Shown: positions 1 to 9,523, counted from the whole stretch's first letter. The stretch: 63,839 bases of DNA, filler included, from 9 parts of 9 records of this genome joined end to end with filler, not necessarily neighbours in it, one strand, 5' to 3'. Translations and numbers: made by a program. The notes: a model not told the origin generated them from the letters alone.

Positions 1-102
1 AAATATTTACAATCATTAAAAATCCATAGTTTATAGTTTTTTAAATATATTATCTAAAATTTATTGAAAATGGGTTAAAAAGGCGAAGTTATAAGAGTTT
101 TC

Positions 103-137
103 TAAATACTTTATGATTAAAAATCATAAAGTATTTA
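103..137 (-). terminator. Perfect 16-bp AT-rich inverted repeat just downstream of the DsbA-like gene; probable terminator
   Basis: TAAATACTTTATGATT-aaa-AATCATAAAGTATTTA, about 10 nt after the stop at 148. Confidence 0.55.
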
Positions 138-147
138 TTATAGAGTT

Positions 148-792
148 TTATAGTTCAGAGTTTATAAGTTTTTTTAGGTTTTCTAAGCCAAACTCTTGAA
201 GAGCTTTTCCATTTACAAAGTAAGATGGAGTTTTGTCAGCTTTTAAAGTTTCTGCATCTTTTAAATCTTGTGCAATTCTTTCATCTGCTGTTTTATTATT
301 GTTCATAAATTCAGCCATTTTTTCCATGTCTAAACCTTTTACATTTGCTAATAAAGCCCATAATTGCTTAGGTTGAACTACATGATGTTTTATCCAATAA
401 GATTGTGTTGCAAACATGAACTCTAAAGTATCCATAAATAAACCTTGCTCTCTTGCACCTTCAAGCATTTTTACTGCATAATTTGAATTTTGATGAAATG
501 GTGCGTATCTAAGAACTAATTTAATTTTTCCTTCATTCTCTTTCATTATCTCTTTTACATAAGGATGGAACTGTGCACAAGTACCACAAGCAGGGTCAAA
601 GAACTCTACTAATTGAACTTTTGCATCTTTATTTCCAACAACAATAGAATATGGTCTTTGGAAAACTAAAGCTTCACTTTTTGAAATATTTTCATACTGT
701 TCAGATTGCTTGTTTTTATAAACATAACCAGCAACAAAAAATAGTGCTAATAAAGCAACTATTGATACTAAAACTACTTTTTTATTTTGCAT
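148..792 (-). CDS. DsbA-family thiol:disulfide oxidoreductase, membrane anchored
   Basis: N-terminal hydrophobic anchor; EFFDPACGTC CxxC motif; C-terminal TPSYFVNG cis-Pro loop. Confidence 0.88.
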   Translation of the reverse strand: MQNKKVVLVSIVALLALFFVAGYVYKNKQSEQYENISKSEALVFQRPYSIVVGNKDAKVQLVEFFDPACGTCAQFHPYVKEIMKENEGKIKLVLRYAPFHQNSNYAVKMLEGAREQGLFMDTLEFMFATQSYWIKHHVVQPKQLWALLANVKGLDMEKMAEFMNNNKTADERIAQDLKDAETLKADKTPSYFVNGKALQEFGLENLKKLINSEL

Positions 793-847
793 TAAAAAGA
801 CTCCGATTTTATAATTTTGATTATTTTAACATAGTTTTGTGTAGAGT

Positions 848-2461
848 TTATGGAGCACTTATAATAACAGTGTTCCGCCCACTCTCTTTTGCTTTATAAA
901 GCAACTCATCACTATTTTTATATACTTCATCTATATGTTTTGATTCATCTTTTAAAATAGTCAATCCAAATGATGCAGTAACAACATTTAAAGGTGGATT
1001 TTTTTCATGAGTAATCCCAAGACTCTCAATATCTTTTCTTCCTTGCTCTGCTAACTTTTCAATATCACTTTGCTCTTTTGCACTAATTAAAACTCCAAAC
1101 TCTTCTCCACCAAGTCTAAAGATTTTGTCACTTTGTCTTTTAAAACTTTTTTCTAAGCTTTGGGAAACTTTTATTAAAACATCATCACCTTTTTGGTGTC
1201 CATAAGTATCATTATATTTTTTAAAATTATCTATATCTAAAATTAAAAAAGCAAAATACTTATTATCTCGTGAACATTGATTTATATAATCTTTTGAGAT
1301 TTCATTAAAATATCTTCTATTATAAAGTCCCGTTAAACCATCAGTAATAGAAAGCTCATAAATTCTTTTTTTATCTGTTATATCTTGTCTTACCGAAGTA
1401 AAGTTTGTGATATTTCCTTCTCTATCAAAGTTTGGTTCTATTACTACTTTTACCCAATAAAAACTACCATCTTTTTTAAGGTTTTTTACTTCACCCTTCC
1501 AAACTTTTCCTGCTTTTATTGTACTCCACAGTTCTTCATATAAAGATTCTGGCATATCAGGATGTCTTACAATTTTATGACTATTTCCTATTAATTCTTC
1601 TTTTCTATATCCTGAAATCTCACAAAAAGCTTGTGATACATTTAAGATAGTTCCATTTTCATCGGTATATGAAGTTATTACATTATTATCAATAACTTCA
1701 GTATAGTTTCGAATATCACTTATTTGTTTCATATTTGAAAAAGTATTAAATAATTTTGCCTTTAACTCTTCTTCTAGTAAAGGTTTTACTAAAAAGTCAG
1801 TTGCTCCATTTTTGTATAGGTTCACTTTTAAGGCATTGTTATTATCTGAAGTCATAACCAAAATTGGAACGGCGTTATTATTATTGCCTTTTCTAACTTT
1901 TTTAATAAACTCTAAACCATTCATTTCATCCATATGATAATCTGTAATAATCAAAGAGATATTTGGATTTTGTTCCAACTGTTTTAATGCAGATTTTCCA
2001 CTATTTGCAACACTTACATTTAATAAAAGACCTTCAAGACTATTTTTTAATTGTGAGACTACAGTTGCTGAATCATCAACAATTAGAACTTCCATATCTC
2101 TAACATATAATAGTAAGTTTGCTAATCTGTAGGCTTTTCTTAATTCATGGATTGACTCTTTTGAAATATAATCAATCACACCTATTTTTTTAATTTTTGA
2201 AATTGTTTCATCATCAATCTTTGAAGTTAAAACTATTGTAGGAATTTGATTGGATTTTAGTAGACTTAGTAGTTCCCCGTTTAAAGCATCTGGTAAAACT
2301 AAATTAGAAATAGAAACAAAAAACTTATGATTATCAATTAAGTCTTTTGCTTCTTCTAGACTTTTTGCAACATAAACTTCATAATAGTTTTTCTTTGCAA
2401 ATAAATCTTTTAACACATTTATAATAACTGTTGAGTTATCTATTAAAAGTAACTTTTTCAA
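848..2461 (-). CDS. Diguanylate cyclase with REC-REC-PAS-GGDEF architecture
   Basis: Two receiver-like domains; PAS (AFCEISGY..ELIG..H..RHPDM..W); DGLTGLYNRR, DIDNFKKYNDTYGH, RQSD I-site, GGEEF; TTG start with GGAG RBS. Confidence 0.93.
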   Translation of the reverse strand: MKKLLLIDNSTVIINVLKDLFAKKNYYEVYVAKSLEEAKDLIDNHKFFVSISNLVLPDALNGELLSLLKSNQIPTIVLTSKIDDETISKIKKIGVIDYISKESIHELRKAYRLANLLLYVRDMEVLIVDDSATVVSQLKNSLEGLLLNVSVANSGKSALKQLEQNPNISLIITDYHMDEMNGLEFIKKVRKGNNNNAVPILVMTSDNNNALKVNLYKNGATDFLVKPLLEEELKAKLFNTFSNMKQISDIRNYTEVIDNNVITSYTDENGTILNVSQAFCEISGYRKEELIGNSHKIVRHPDMPESLYEELWSTIKAGKVWKGEVKNLKKDGSFYWVKVVIEPNFDREGNITNFTSVRQDITDKKRIYELSITDGLTGLYNRRYFNEISKDYINQCSRDNKYFAFLILDIDNFKKYNDTYGHQKGDDVLIKVSQSLEKSFKRQSDKIFRLGGEEFGVLISAKEQSDIEKLAEQGRKDIESLGITHEKNPPLNVVTASFGLTILKDESKHIDEVYKNSDELLYKAKESGRNTVIISAP

Positions 2462-2516
2462 TATTTCTCCATTCTAAAAAGTAATAGAATGGTATAATAT
2501 TAAACTTTAAACATAT

Positions 2517-3227
2517 TTAATCTACTAAATAATACTCAACTGTAGATACTACTCTTATCTTTTTGATATGCTCAGTGTTTTTATCCCTTGCTCTAATTGA
2601 GAACTGTCCCTGTGATGCTTTTTTGATTTTTCCTAAATTACTCTTAGAATCTTGTGCAAATTTTAATGCAGTATCCCTCGCGCTTTGTGTAGCTTCTTCA
2701 ACCATCTTTGGTTTTACTTCATTAAGTTTTGTAAACAGATATTCAACTCTTGTATCATAATCATTTTGCATAAAAGTAATACCCTCTTTTCCAAGTGTAC
2801 TTAACTCTTTCATAGCTTTTTGAGCTAATTCAATATTATTTGAATAAACAACTACTTTATTTGAACCACTATATCTGAACTTTACTCTATCACTATTTCC
2901 ATAACTTTGAGCAAATTTATCATTAACTGAAGGAGCTAAAACCGTAAGTTCTTCTTTTTTAAAACCTATTTTTTCTAAAAAATCTAAAATCTTCTTTGTA
3001 TCGTTTTCTAACTCTTCATAAAGCTCACTATTATTGTTTGAAGCTTTAATAAACTTTATTGGCCAAATAACCAAATCAGCTTTCACTTCTTTTTGCGCTA
3101 GACCTTTTACAACTACAGTTCTATCTAACTCTTTATAAGAAATAAATCCCTTACTTAAAATCAAAGCCATAATTGTCAAACCAATAACAAAACCTAAACC
3201 AATTATTATACTACTTCTAGTTGTCAT
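2517..3227 (-). CDS. SIMPL (DUF541) domain protein
   Basis: N-terminal TM helix; RTVVVKGLAQKEVKADLVIWP and ASQGQFSI...KKIRVVSTVEY motifs. Confidence 0.85.
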   Translation of the reverse strand: MTTRSSIIIGLGFVIGLTIMALILSKGFISYKELDRTVVVKGLAQKEVKADLVIWPIKFIKASNNNSELYEELENDTKKILDFLEKIGFKKEELTVLAPSVNDKFAQSYGNSDRVKFRYSGSNKVVVYSNNIELAQKAMKELSTLGKEGITFMQNDYDTRVEYLFTKLNEVKPKMVEEATQSARDTALKFAQDSKSNLGKIKKASQGQFSIRARDKNTEHIKKIRVVSTVEYYLVD

Positions 3228-3301
3228 AATAACCTTTCTATAAATAAATTGTAACTTTCGAATTTTAGTTAAAAGAAGATTATTTTACAAAAAAATATAG
3301 A

Positions 3302-3346
3302 TTTTTTTGATACTTTTTTGATACTTTATGCTAGTATAATATTACT
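3302..3346 (+). promoter_or_regulatory. Promoter with TATAAT (3335-3340) and an upstream 11-bp-period direct repeat; probably leaderless
   Basis: TTTTTTGATAC twice in tandem (3303-3324); TATAAT 6 nt before ATG 3347; no SD sequence. Confidence 0.55.
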
Positions 3347-4963
3347 ATGAAAGAAATAAGTAATTTAAATGAATTAATTGAGTTATGTAATAACTTATCG
3401 GTTTTATATGTTGAAGATGATTCTATGTTAAATCAAGTAAATACTTCTATTTTAGAAAGTATTTTTAAAAGAGTAGATTCATGTGCTAATGGGAAAGAGG
3501 CCCTTGAAAAGTATATTGAAAAAAAAGCAGACTCTAATACATATGACTTAGTAATTACAGACATCAATATGCCATACATGAATGGTATCGAATTATCAAA
3601 AGAGGTTCTAAAACTTGATAGTAGTCAACAGATATTAATAATTTCAGCTTATAATGATTCTGATAAACTAGAATTACTTATTCAATTAGGAATTAAATAT
3701 TACGTACAAAAGCCTGTTAGTACTGAAAAATTCTTTGAAGTTCTAGAAAAAATTGCAAAAGAGATTCATGAAAAGACTATTTCTAAAGAGTTAACAACAG
3801 AGCTTACAAGTTATGACAACATTACAAAACTTAAAAATATTCATGCTTTACATGAGGATTTAAAACTAAATAAATTTGAAAATATTTTCATAATAGAGCT
3901 AACTAACTTTGAAAATATCCAATCCTTTTATGGTATTGAAAAATCAGATGCTATTTTAAATGATTTAATTGTTCACCTAAAAGAAAAAATATCTTGTAAA
4001 AAATGCTTATATAGAAAAGGAACAAATAAAATTGCTTATATGTTCAATGACGAAATACGAAAAACTTTAAATAATTTTGTTGAAAAACTAGATGAGAGTA
4101 TGTTTAGTTATTGTATTGGAATAAGTTCCCAAAAAGAGAATCTTGTTACTACAGCAAAAATGGCTTTAAAGTACGCAAGAAGTCACAAATTAAAGTATAA
4201 AAAGTACTCTAAAGATATTGATACAAAAGATATGGACTTTAATAGTCTAAAAATGCAAGAAGTGATTAGTGAGGCAATAAAAGAGAATAGTGTTTTTCCT
4301 GTATTTCAACCTATTTTTAATAAAAACAAAGAGCTTATTAAATATGAAATTCTAATGAGAATCAAATCTAATAAAAAAAATAAAGTATATTTTCCAAATG
4401 AATTTATTGATATAGCATTAGAAACAAATAAATTTGATGAATTAAATATTCTAATGTTAGAAAAACTTTTTGACACAATTAGAAATACTGACAAAAAGTT
4501 TTCATTTAATATTTCATATCAAGATATAGTACATACAAAACTATGTGACTATATGGAAGAAAAATTTAAAGAAGAACCTACTTTAGCAGAAAAGTTTATT
4601 TTTGAACTTTTGGAAACCCATGAAATTGAAGATTATAAAATCCTTGATGATTTTATAAAAAGATTTAAAAAACATGGTGTTTTAATTGCCCTTGATGACT
4701 TTGGAACAGGCTATTCAAACTTAAGTCAAATTGTAAATATGGATTTTGATTATGTAAAAATAGATGGCTCACTAATAAAAGAGATTAATTATAACTATAA
4801 ATCCCTTGCTATAGTAAAGGCTATAATAACCTTTGCAAATGAAACAGGTATAAAAACAATCGCTGAATTTGTTTCATCAGAAAGTATCTTTAATAAACTA
4901 CAGAAAATAGGAATTGATGAATTTCAAGGATTTTATTTGAGTAAACCATTAGAAAAGATTTAG
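3347..4963 (+). CDS. REC - degenerate GGDEF - EAL c-di-GMP phosphodiesterase response regulator
   Basis: VLYVEDD...DLVITDINMP receiver; GGDEF position reads KGTNK; FQPI, YEILMR, DDFGTGYS, KIDGS, AEFV, QGFY EAL motifs. Confidence 0.9.
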   Translation: MKEISNLNELIELCNNLSVLYVEDDSMLNQVNTSILESIFKRVDSCANGKEALEKYIEKKADSNTYDLVITDINMPYMNGIELSKEVLKLDSSQQILIISAYNDSDKLELLIQLGIKYYVQKPVSTEKFFEVLEKIAKEIHEKTISKELTTELTSYDNITKLKNIHALHEDLKLNKFENIFIIELTNFENIQSFYGIEKSDAILNDLIVHLKEKISCKKCLYRKGTNKIAYMFNDEIRKTLNNFVEKLDESMFSYCIGISSQKENLVTTAKMALKYARSHKLKYKKYSKDIDTKDMDFNSLKMQEVISEAIKENSVFPVFQPIFNKNKELIKYEILMRIKSNKKNKVYFPNEFIDIALETNKFDELNILMLEKLFDTIRNTDKKFSFNISYQDIVHTKLCDYMEEKFKEEPTLAEKFIFELLETHEIEDYKILDDFIKRFKKHGVLIALDDFGTGYSNLSQIVNMDFDYVKIDGSLIKEINYNYKSLAIVKAIITFANETGIKTIAEFVSSESIFNKLQKIGIDEFQGFYLSKPLEKI

Positions 4964-4964
4964 T

Positions 4965-7136
4965 ATGAAAAAAAACTTGCCCTTAAAGTCAATACTTTAT
5001 AACACATATTTTAAAACAGCCCTTGTTCCTCTTATTGTGATTGAGATAACTTTATTAATCTTATATTTTGGAATAAGTAAATATATTGTTAATAATACTA
5101 AGAATTTAACTTCCCAAGAGATAAAAACAAACCTTCTAAATATATCTCAAAAAGAGACACAAGAGATAAACTATCAATTAAAAGAGATATCAAATGTAGC
5201 TTTAATAGCTCAATATGAACAAGAAAAAATATTCAAAGAGAAAGATGAGATTCTTAAAAATATAAAAGTTCCTGAATTTAAGTATGCTAAAAATGGAACC
5301 TTTTATAAAGTAAATAATGATGGTGGAGCAAGTTTGTTATATGCTGCAACTACCAATATAGGCAAAAAAGAGAAAGAAAAAGCTATTTTTACAGAAGCTT
5401 TTGATGACAAACTAAAATATTATGTTGACAATAATAAATTAATTGTAGCTTCATACTTTAATAGTTTTGATAACATGAATAGACTTTATCCATTTATAGA
5501 AGAAGTTTACTCACAATATCCAGCTGATATTAAGATGCAAAACTATAACTTCTATTATGAAGCAGACCAAGAACATAATCCCCAAAGAACTACAAAATGG
5601 ACTACTGCATACTTAGACCCAGCTGGACAAGGTTGGATGGTAAGTTGTATTGTGCCTATTTATACAAATGACTTCTTAGAAGGAGTTACTGGTTTTGATG
5701 TAACTATTGATAAGTTTATAAAATATGTATTAAATCTTGATTTACCATGGAATGCAAATGCAATGCTAGTAGACCAAAATGGTTTAATACTTGCAATGCC
5801 TAAAGAGATACAAGAAAAACTAAATATAGAAGAATTAACTTCTCATAACTATGATGAAGTAATTACAGATACAAATTTAAAACCTGATGAATTTAATATC
5901 TATAAAAACAAAGAGCTTTATAAATATTTTAAAGAGTTAAAAGATAATAAACAAATGATATCTACTTCTATAAATAATAATGAATATTTAATTACTCAAT
6001 CAAATATAGAGCAAACAAATTGGAAACTTTTTATTTTTGTAGACAAAGAAACAATATTTAAACAACTAAATGAATTAGATGATATTGCCAAAAAAATTGG
6101 TTTTGCAGCTATTTTTGGAATGATTTTATTCTATTTACTGTTCTTTGCATTTTTAATTAGAAAGATTAAAGAGATTTCAAACTTTATTGCAAAGCCTATA
6201 TCTTTACTTGCAAATGAAACGCACAATTTTAATGCAGAAAAAAGAATCAATAAACCAGAAGAAACAAAAATAAAAGAGATAAATATTTTATCAAATAATT
6301 TTTATACCATGACAAATGAATTATACAAAAAAAGGCATGAATTAAAAGATTTAAATAGCTCTTTAGAAGAAAAAGTTGAAGAAGAAGTTTTAAAAAATAG
6401 AGAAAAAGATCAATTAATGCTTCATCAGTCAAAGCTAGCACAAATGGGTGAAATGATCTCTATGATTGCCCACCAATGGAGACAACCTTTAGCTACTATA
6501 AATTCTGTTATAACTGATGTAAAATTAAAAATGTTTTTAAATAAGTTTGACCTTTCAGATGAAAAACAGAAAAAAGAGTTTGAAGAGTATCTTAAAAATA
6601 AGTTTTCAAATATAGAAGAATTAACAAATGTTTTATCTACAACAATTGATGATTTTAGAAACTTCTATAAACCAACAAAAGATAAAAAAGAGACTTCAGT
6701 TAAGACTCTTTGTCAAAAAGCATTAACTATTATTAGCCATGAATTAAAAAGTAAAGAGATTGAAGTTATCGAAAAATATGATGCAAATGACAAATACACA
6801 CTTTTTGAAAATGAGTTAATACAAGTATTATTAAATATTCTAAAAAATAGTATTGATAACTTTGAAGTTATGAAAGTAAAAAACAAAAAAATACGAATAA
6901 ACACAGTTAGTACAGATAATTATCTAAGAATTATTATCACAGATAATGGTGGCGGAATAAAAGAGTCTATTAAAGAAAAAGTATTTGAACCATACTTCTC
7001 TACAAAAGAGCATAGAAATGGAACAGGACTAGGTCTTTACATGAGTAAAATTATAATAGAGCAATACCAACAAAGTAGTTTATATTTTGAGAATACAGAA
7101 GAAGGTGTTAGTTTTACAATTGAGCTAAATAGATAG
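4965..7136 (+). CDS. Membrane sensor histidine kinase with periplasmic Cache-type domain
   Basis: Two TM segments; WTTAYLDPAGQGW Cache motif; IAHQWRQP H-box; DNGGG and GTGLGL ATPase boxes; starts 1 nt after the upstream stop. Confidence 0.92.
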   Translation: MKKNLPLKSILYNTYFKTALVPLIVIEITLLILYFGISKYIVNNTKNLTSQEIKTNLLNISQKETQEINYQLKEISNVALIAQYEQEKIFKEKDEILKNIKVPEFKYAKNGTFYKVNNDGGASLLYAATTNIGKKEKEKAIFTEAFDDKLKYYVDNNKLIVASYFNSFDNMNRLYPFIEEVYSQYPADIKMQNYNFYYEADQEHNPQRTTKWTTAYLDPAGQGWMVSCIVPIYTNDFLEGVTGFDVTIDKFIKYVLNLDLPWNANAMLVDQNGLILAMPKEIQEKLNIEELTSHNYDEVITDTNLKPDEFNIYKNKELYKYFKELKDNKQMISTSINNNEYLITQSNIEQTNWKLFIFVDKETIFKQLNELDDIAKKIGFAAIFGMILFYLLFFAFLIRKIKEISNFIAKPISLLANETHNFNAEKRINKPEETKIKEINILSNNFYTMTNELYKKRHELKDLNSSLEEKVEEEVLKNREKDQLMLHQSKLAQMGEMISMIAHQWRQPLATINSVITDVKLKMFLNKFDLSDEKQKKEFEEYLKNKFSNIEELTNVLSTTIDDFRNFYKPTKDKKETSVKTLCQKALTIISHELKSKEIEVIEKYDANDKYTLFENELIQVLLNILKNSIDNFEVMKVKNKKIRINTVSTDNYLRIIITDNGGGIKESIKEKVFEPYFSTKEHRNGTGLGLYMSKIIIEQYQQSSLYFENTEEGVSFTIELNR

Positions 7137-7346
7137 ATTTTAGTATATTAAAAAAATATACCACTAAAGAAACACTATTTATTTATATACTTCTTGAGTA
7201 CAAAAAATATAGATTTGTTTAAAATCATATATTTTGTTACTCCTACTATTTTTCGTTAAAGACTTCTTATATATTCATTAAATAAATACAAATACACTAT
7301 CAAATATATAAAAAGTCTTTTTCGGCTATTTTTTAATTGAAAATGA

Positions 7347-7374
7347 AAAGTAGCAGTGAGAGTACTGCTACTTT
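7347..7374. terminator. 11-bp stem-loop, probable intrinsic terminator (T-tract on the minus strand)
   Basis: AAAGTAGCAGT-gagagt-ACTGCTACTTT. Confidence 0.55.
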
Positions 7375-7393
7375 AATAAAGTTAAACTTTTTC

Positions 7394-7493
7394 NNNNNNN
7401 NNNNNNNNNNNNNNNNNNNNNNNNNNNNNNNNNNNNNTTAATTAATTAANNNNNNNNNNNNNNNNNNNNNNNNNNNNNNNNNNNNNNNNNNNN
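7394..7493. other. Artificial contig spacer 1
   Basis: N44-TTAATTAATTAA-N44 (stops in all six frames). Confidence 0.99.
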
Positions 7494-7547
7494 AGGGTTT
7501 ATTGGATGAATTAAAGCCATAATCACACGTTTGTCTTAATTTATGAG

Positions 7548-7985
7548 TCATTCTACACCAAAAACATATTTCTTGACAAGTATGTCCACGATTTCCATTC
7601 CACGTGTAAGGTAAACTGCTCCAAATAAAGCTTCAAATGCTTCTGCATTAACGGTAGTATTTGTAGACTCAAAAACTGGGTTGCCGCCAATGCGTATATA
7701 ATTAAAAATATCAAGCTTGATAGCAATTCTTGCATAATTATAATTTGATTCAATGCTGCTGCTTGTCATTGTTAGGATACCTTTTGAATCATATGGATTT
7801 TTTAAGTAAAGATATTCACGAATACTATGTTTCAGAATACAGTCTCCAAGAAAAGCAAGCCTTTGGTTATCAGGTGAATTACAAGTGCTGTGGGTGAGTG
7901 CAAGCTTATACAATTCCAGTTCCTCATCAGTGAATTCCGAGTTGTTATCAAGGAATTTGTGCATGAAATCACTTATTTTTTCCAT
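7548..7985 (-). CDS. Stand-alone ribonuclease III catalytic-domain protein, no dsRBD
   Basis: ALTHS...NQRLAFLGD signature; AEAFEALFGAVYL second acidic motif; 145 aa; AAGGA RBS. Confidence 0.85.
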   Translation of the reverse strand: MEKISDFMHKFLDNNSEFTDEELELYKLALTHSTCNSPDNQRLAFLGDCILKHSIREYLYLKNPYDSKGILTMTSSSIESNYNYARIAIKLDIFNYIRIGGNPVFESTNTTVNAEAFEALFGAVYLTRGMEIVDILVKKYVFGVE

Positions 7986-8014
7986 AGAATCATCCTTTGA
8001 GGAGAAATTGTTTT

Positions 8015-8695
8015 TTATTCTTTCACATCATTTTTTTGTTTTTTTCCAAGCTCATTTGTTTCTGGTTCTGCAGTCAATTGACGCAGATTTGCCCACAGTG
8101 GACAATATTTAATATCCCTAGAAAAACCGCCACATTTGACATCCTTAATGTACAAGCACTTTCCATCCATGCAAAATTTACATCTCATATTTCCAGTACC
8201 ACGATAAAAATAAGCTAATTGTAACCTGATATTCTTTAATTCATTGGAAGTTTTAATGTTGGATTCTTTCAAGTCTCTATATTGTTTAGATGAATTTATT
8301 TTTTCATAGGTACTTGGTATCAGTAAGCTTGCAGAAAAAATTGCTAGAGAAATTGGCAATAATGCAGCTAATATCCCTACCATAGTTGTAATTGTTTCAT
8401 TCGCAACGGATTCGTCTATATAATCAAATTGATTTCCTATGAATAAGCAGGTTAAAACTAAAAGTGATAGGTATTGAAAAGAATATGCAGCTGCCCATTT
8501 ACTAGTTTCTCCTAATTCGTAAACTGCGATAGAACCTAATAATGCCACTATAAATATCATTATATACAAAAATATGTTTGGTTCGAGCCCTACCCTTATT
8601 TGTATAAAATATATCGCTATTGAAATAACAACTGACAATGCACAAAAAAATAGCAAATTGGGTAATGATTTCCATATTTTTAAATCTAAACACAT
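8015..8695 (-). CDS. Hypothetical membrane protein, about 4 TM helices, with a C-terminal Cys cluster
   Basis: Four hydrophobic segments, then CKFC-x4-C-x7-C-x9-C. Confidence 0.7.
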   Translation of the reverse strand: MCLDLKIWKSLPNLLFFCALSVVISIAIYFIQIRVGLEPNIFLYIMIFIVALLGSIAVYELGETSKWAAAYSFQYLSLLVLTCLFIGNQFDYIDESVANETITTMVGILAALLPISLAIFSASLLIPSTYEKINSSKQYRDLKESNIKTSNELKNIRLQLAYFYRGTGNMRCKFCMDGKCLYIKDVKCGGFSRDIKYCPLWANLRQLTAEPETNELGKKQKNDVKE

Positions 8696-8836
8696 AGAGT
8701 GGTTTGATACTTCTATTATTTTATAAGCTTTCTTATTTTAATCCAGTTTCAAACATCACTTTATATTTGAATTGTTTCCAATATCTCAGATATAGGAGTA
8801 AAAAAGAATAAGGGCATTTATTGTCTTAAATACCTA

Positions 8837-9379
8837 TCACTTCTTATTTTTAAGTAGGAACTTAATCAAATCTGTACTCATATGCAGTTCTCTTTTCATT
8901 TTCACTGCAATTTCATCTTCATCAAGTAAATCTTCTGGTAATTTAATTTTCCCATTATTAGAAAAAGTAAACTAATCAACAACATCAGGATATACACCTT
9001 TTTGCAATGATTTATTATTTTCATTATCCCAATATAAAATTTCATTGTACATTTTATAAAATGTACGGATGGTTTTTTTATAAGTATCCTTTGTTGTTTT
9101 TAATATTTTATTATTAGTTCTGTAATCAAGGGAAAACTTATCAGATGAAATATAATATCGCCTATCATTTGCAGTTATCTCATTGAATGTTTTTCCAATA
9201 GTATTTGACATTTGGACTAATGTTCTTATTTTATTATTGATGGTTTTGACGGAAAAATCCTTTTCTTCCATGTAGTCAATGTACATTTTAAGAATATCGC
9301 AATTAAATTCATTCTCGACTAAATCAATTTGCCTTTTAGTTTGTCCTTCAAAATCAGTTTTACCTTCCAAATTCTCCAT
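8837..9379 (-). pseudogene. Tyrosine recombinase/integrase N-terminal remnant with in-frame TAG at 8972-8974; no catalytic domain
   Basis: YIDYMEEKDFSVKTINNKIRTL...KTFNEIT resembles a SAM-like core-binding domain; the frame continues past TAG as FTFSNNGKIKLPEDLLDEDEI (integrase linker-like) to TGA at 8837. Confidence 0.7.
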
Positions 9380-9523
9380 TGTACCGCCAATTATGTTATA
9401 TCAATAATATATTATTCTTACTTATGTAATATAACAAAGGAACGGTTTGTAAATTTATTAAACCAAAATAGCACGCATCATGTGAGAATATTATTTGAAA
9501 GTAATTACCGGAACCTGAGAATT

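Larger units (their letters stand above)
7494..9520. mobile_element. AT-rich island, probably a decayed integrated element, in the archaeal contig (left end cut by the contig edge)
   Basis: Visibly more AT-rich than DUF2209/endA; carries an integrase remnant at the boundary with core genes; right boundary approximate. Confidence 0.6.

Noticed and set aside
7438-7449. TTAATTAATTAA recurring eight times, as a possible biological repeat
   Set aside because: It is always centred in 44+44 Ns, so it is an artificial joiner. ORFs that run into X residues are truncated, not fused.
9380-9523. tRNA gene or att site at the island boundary
   Set aside because: No cloverleaf or direct repeat is visible, and the other island end is outside the contig.
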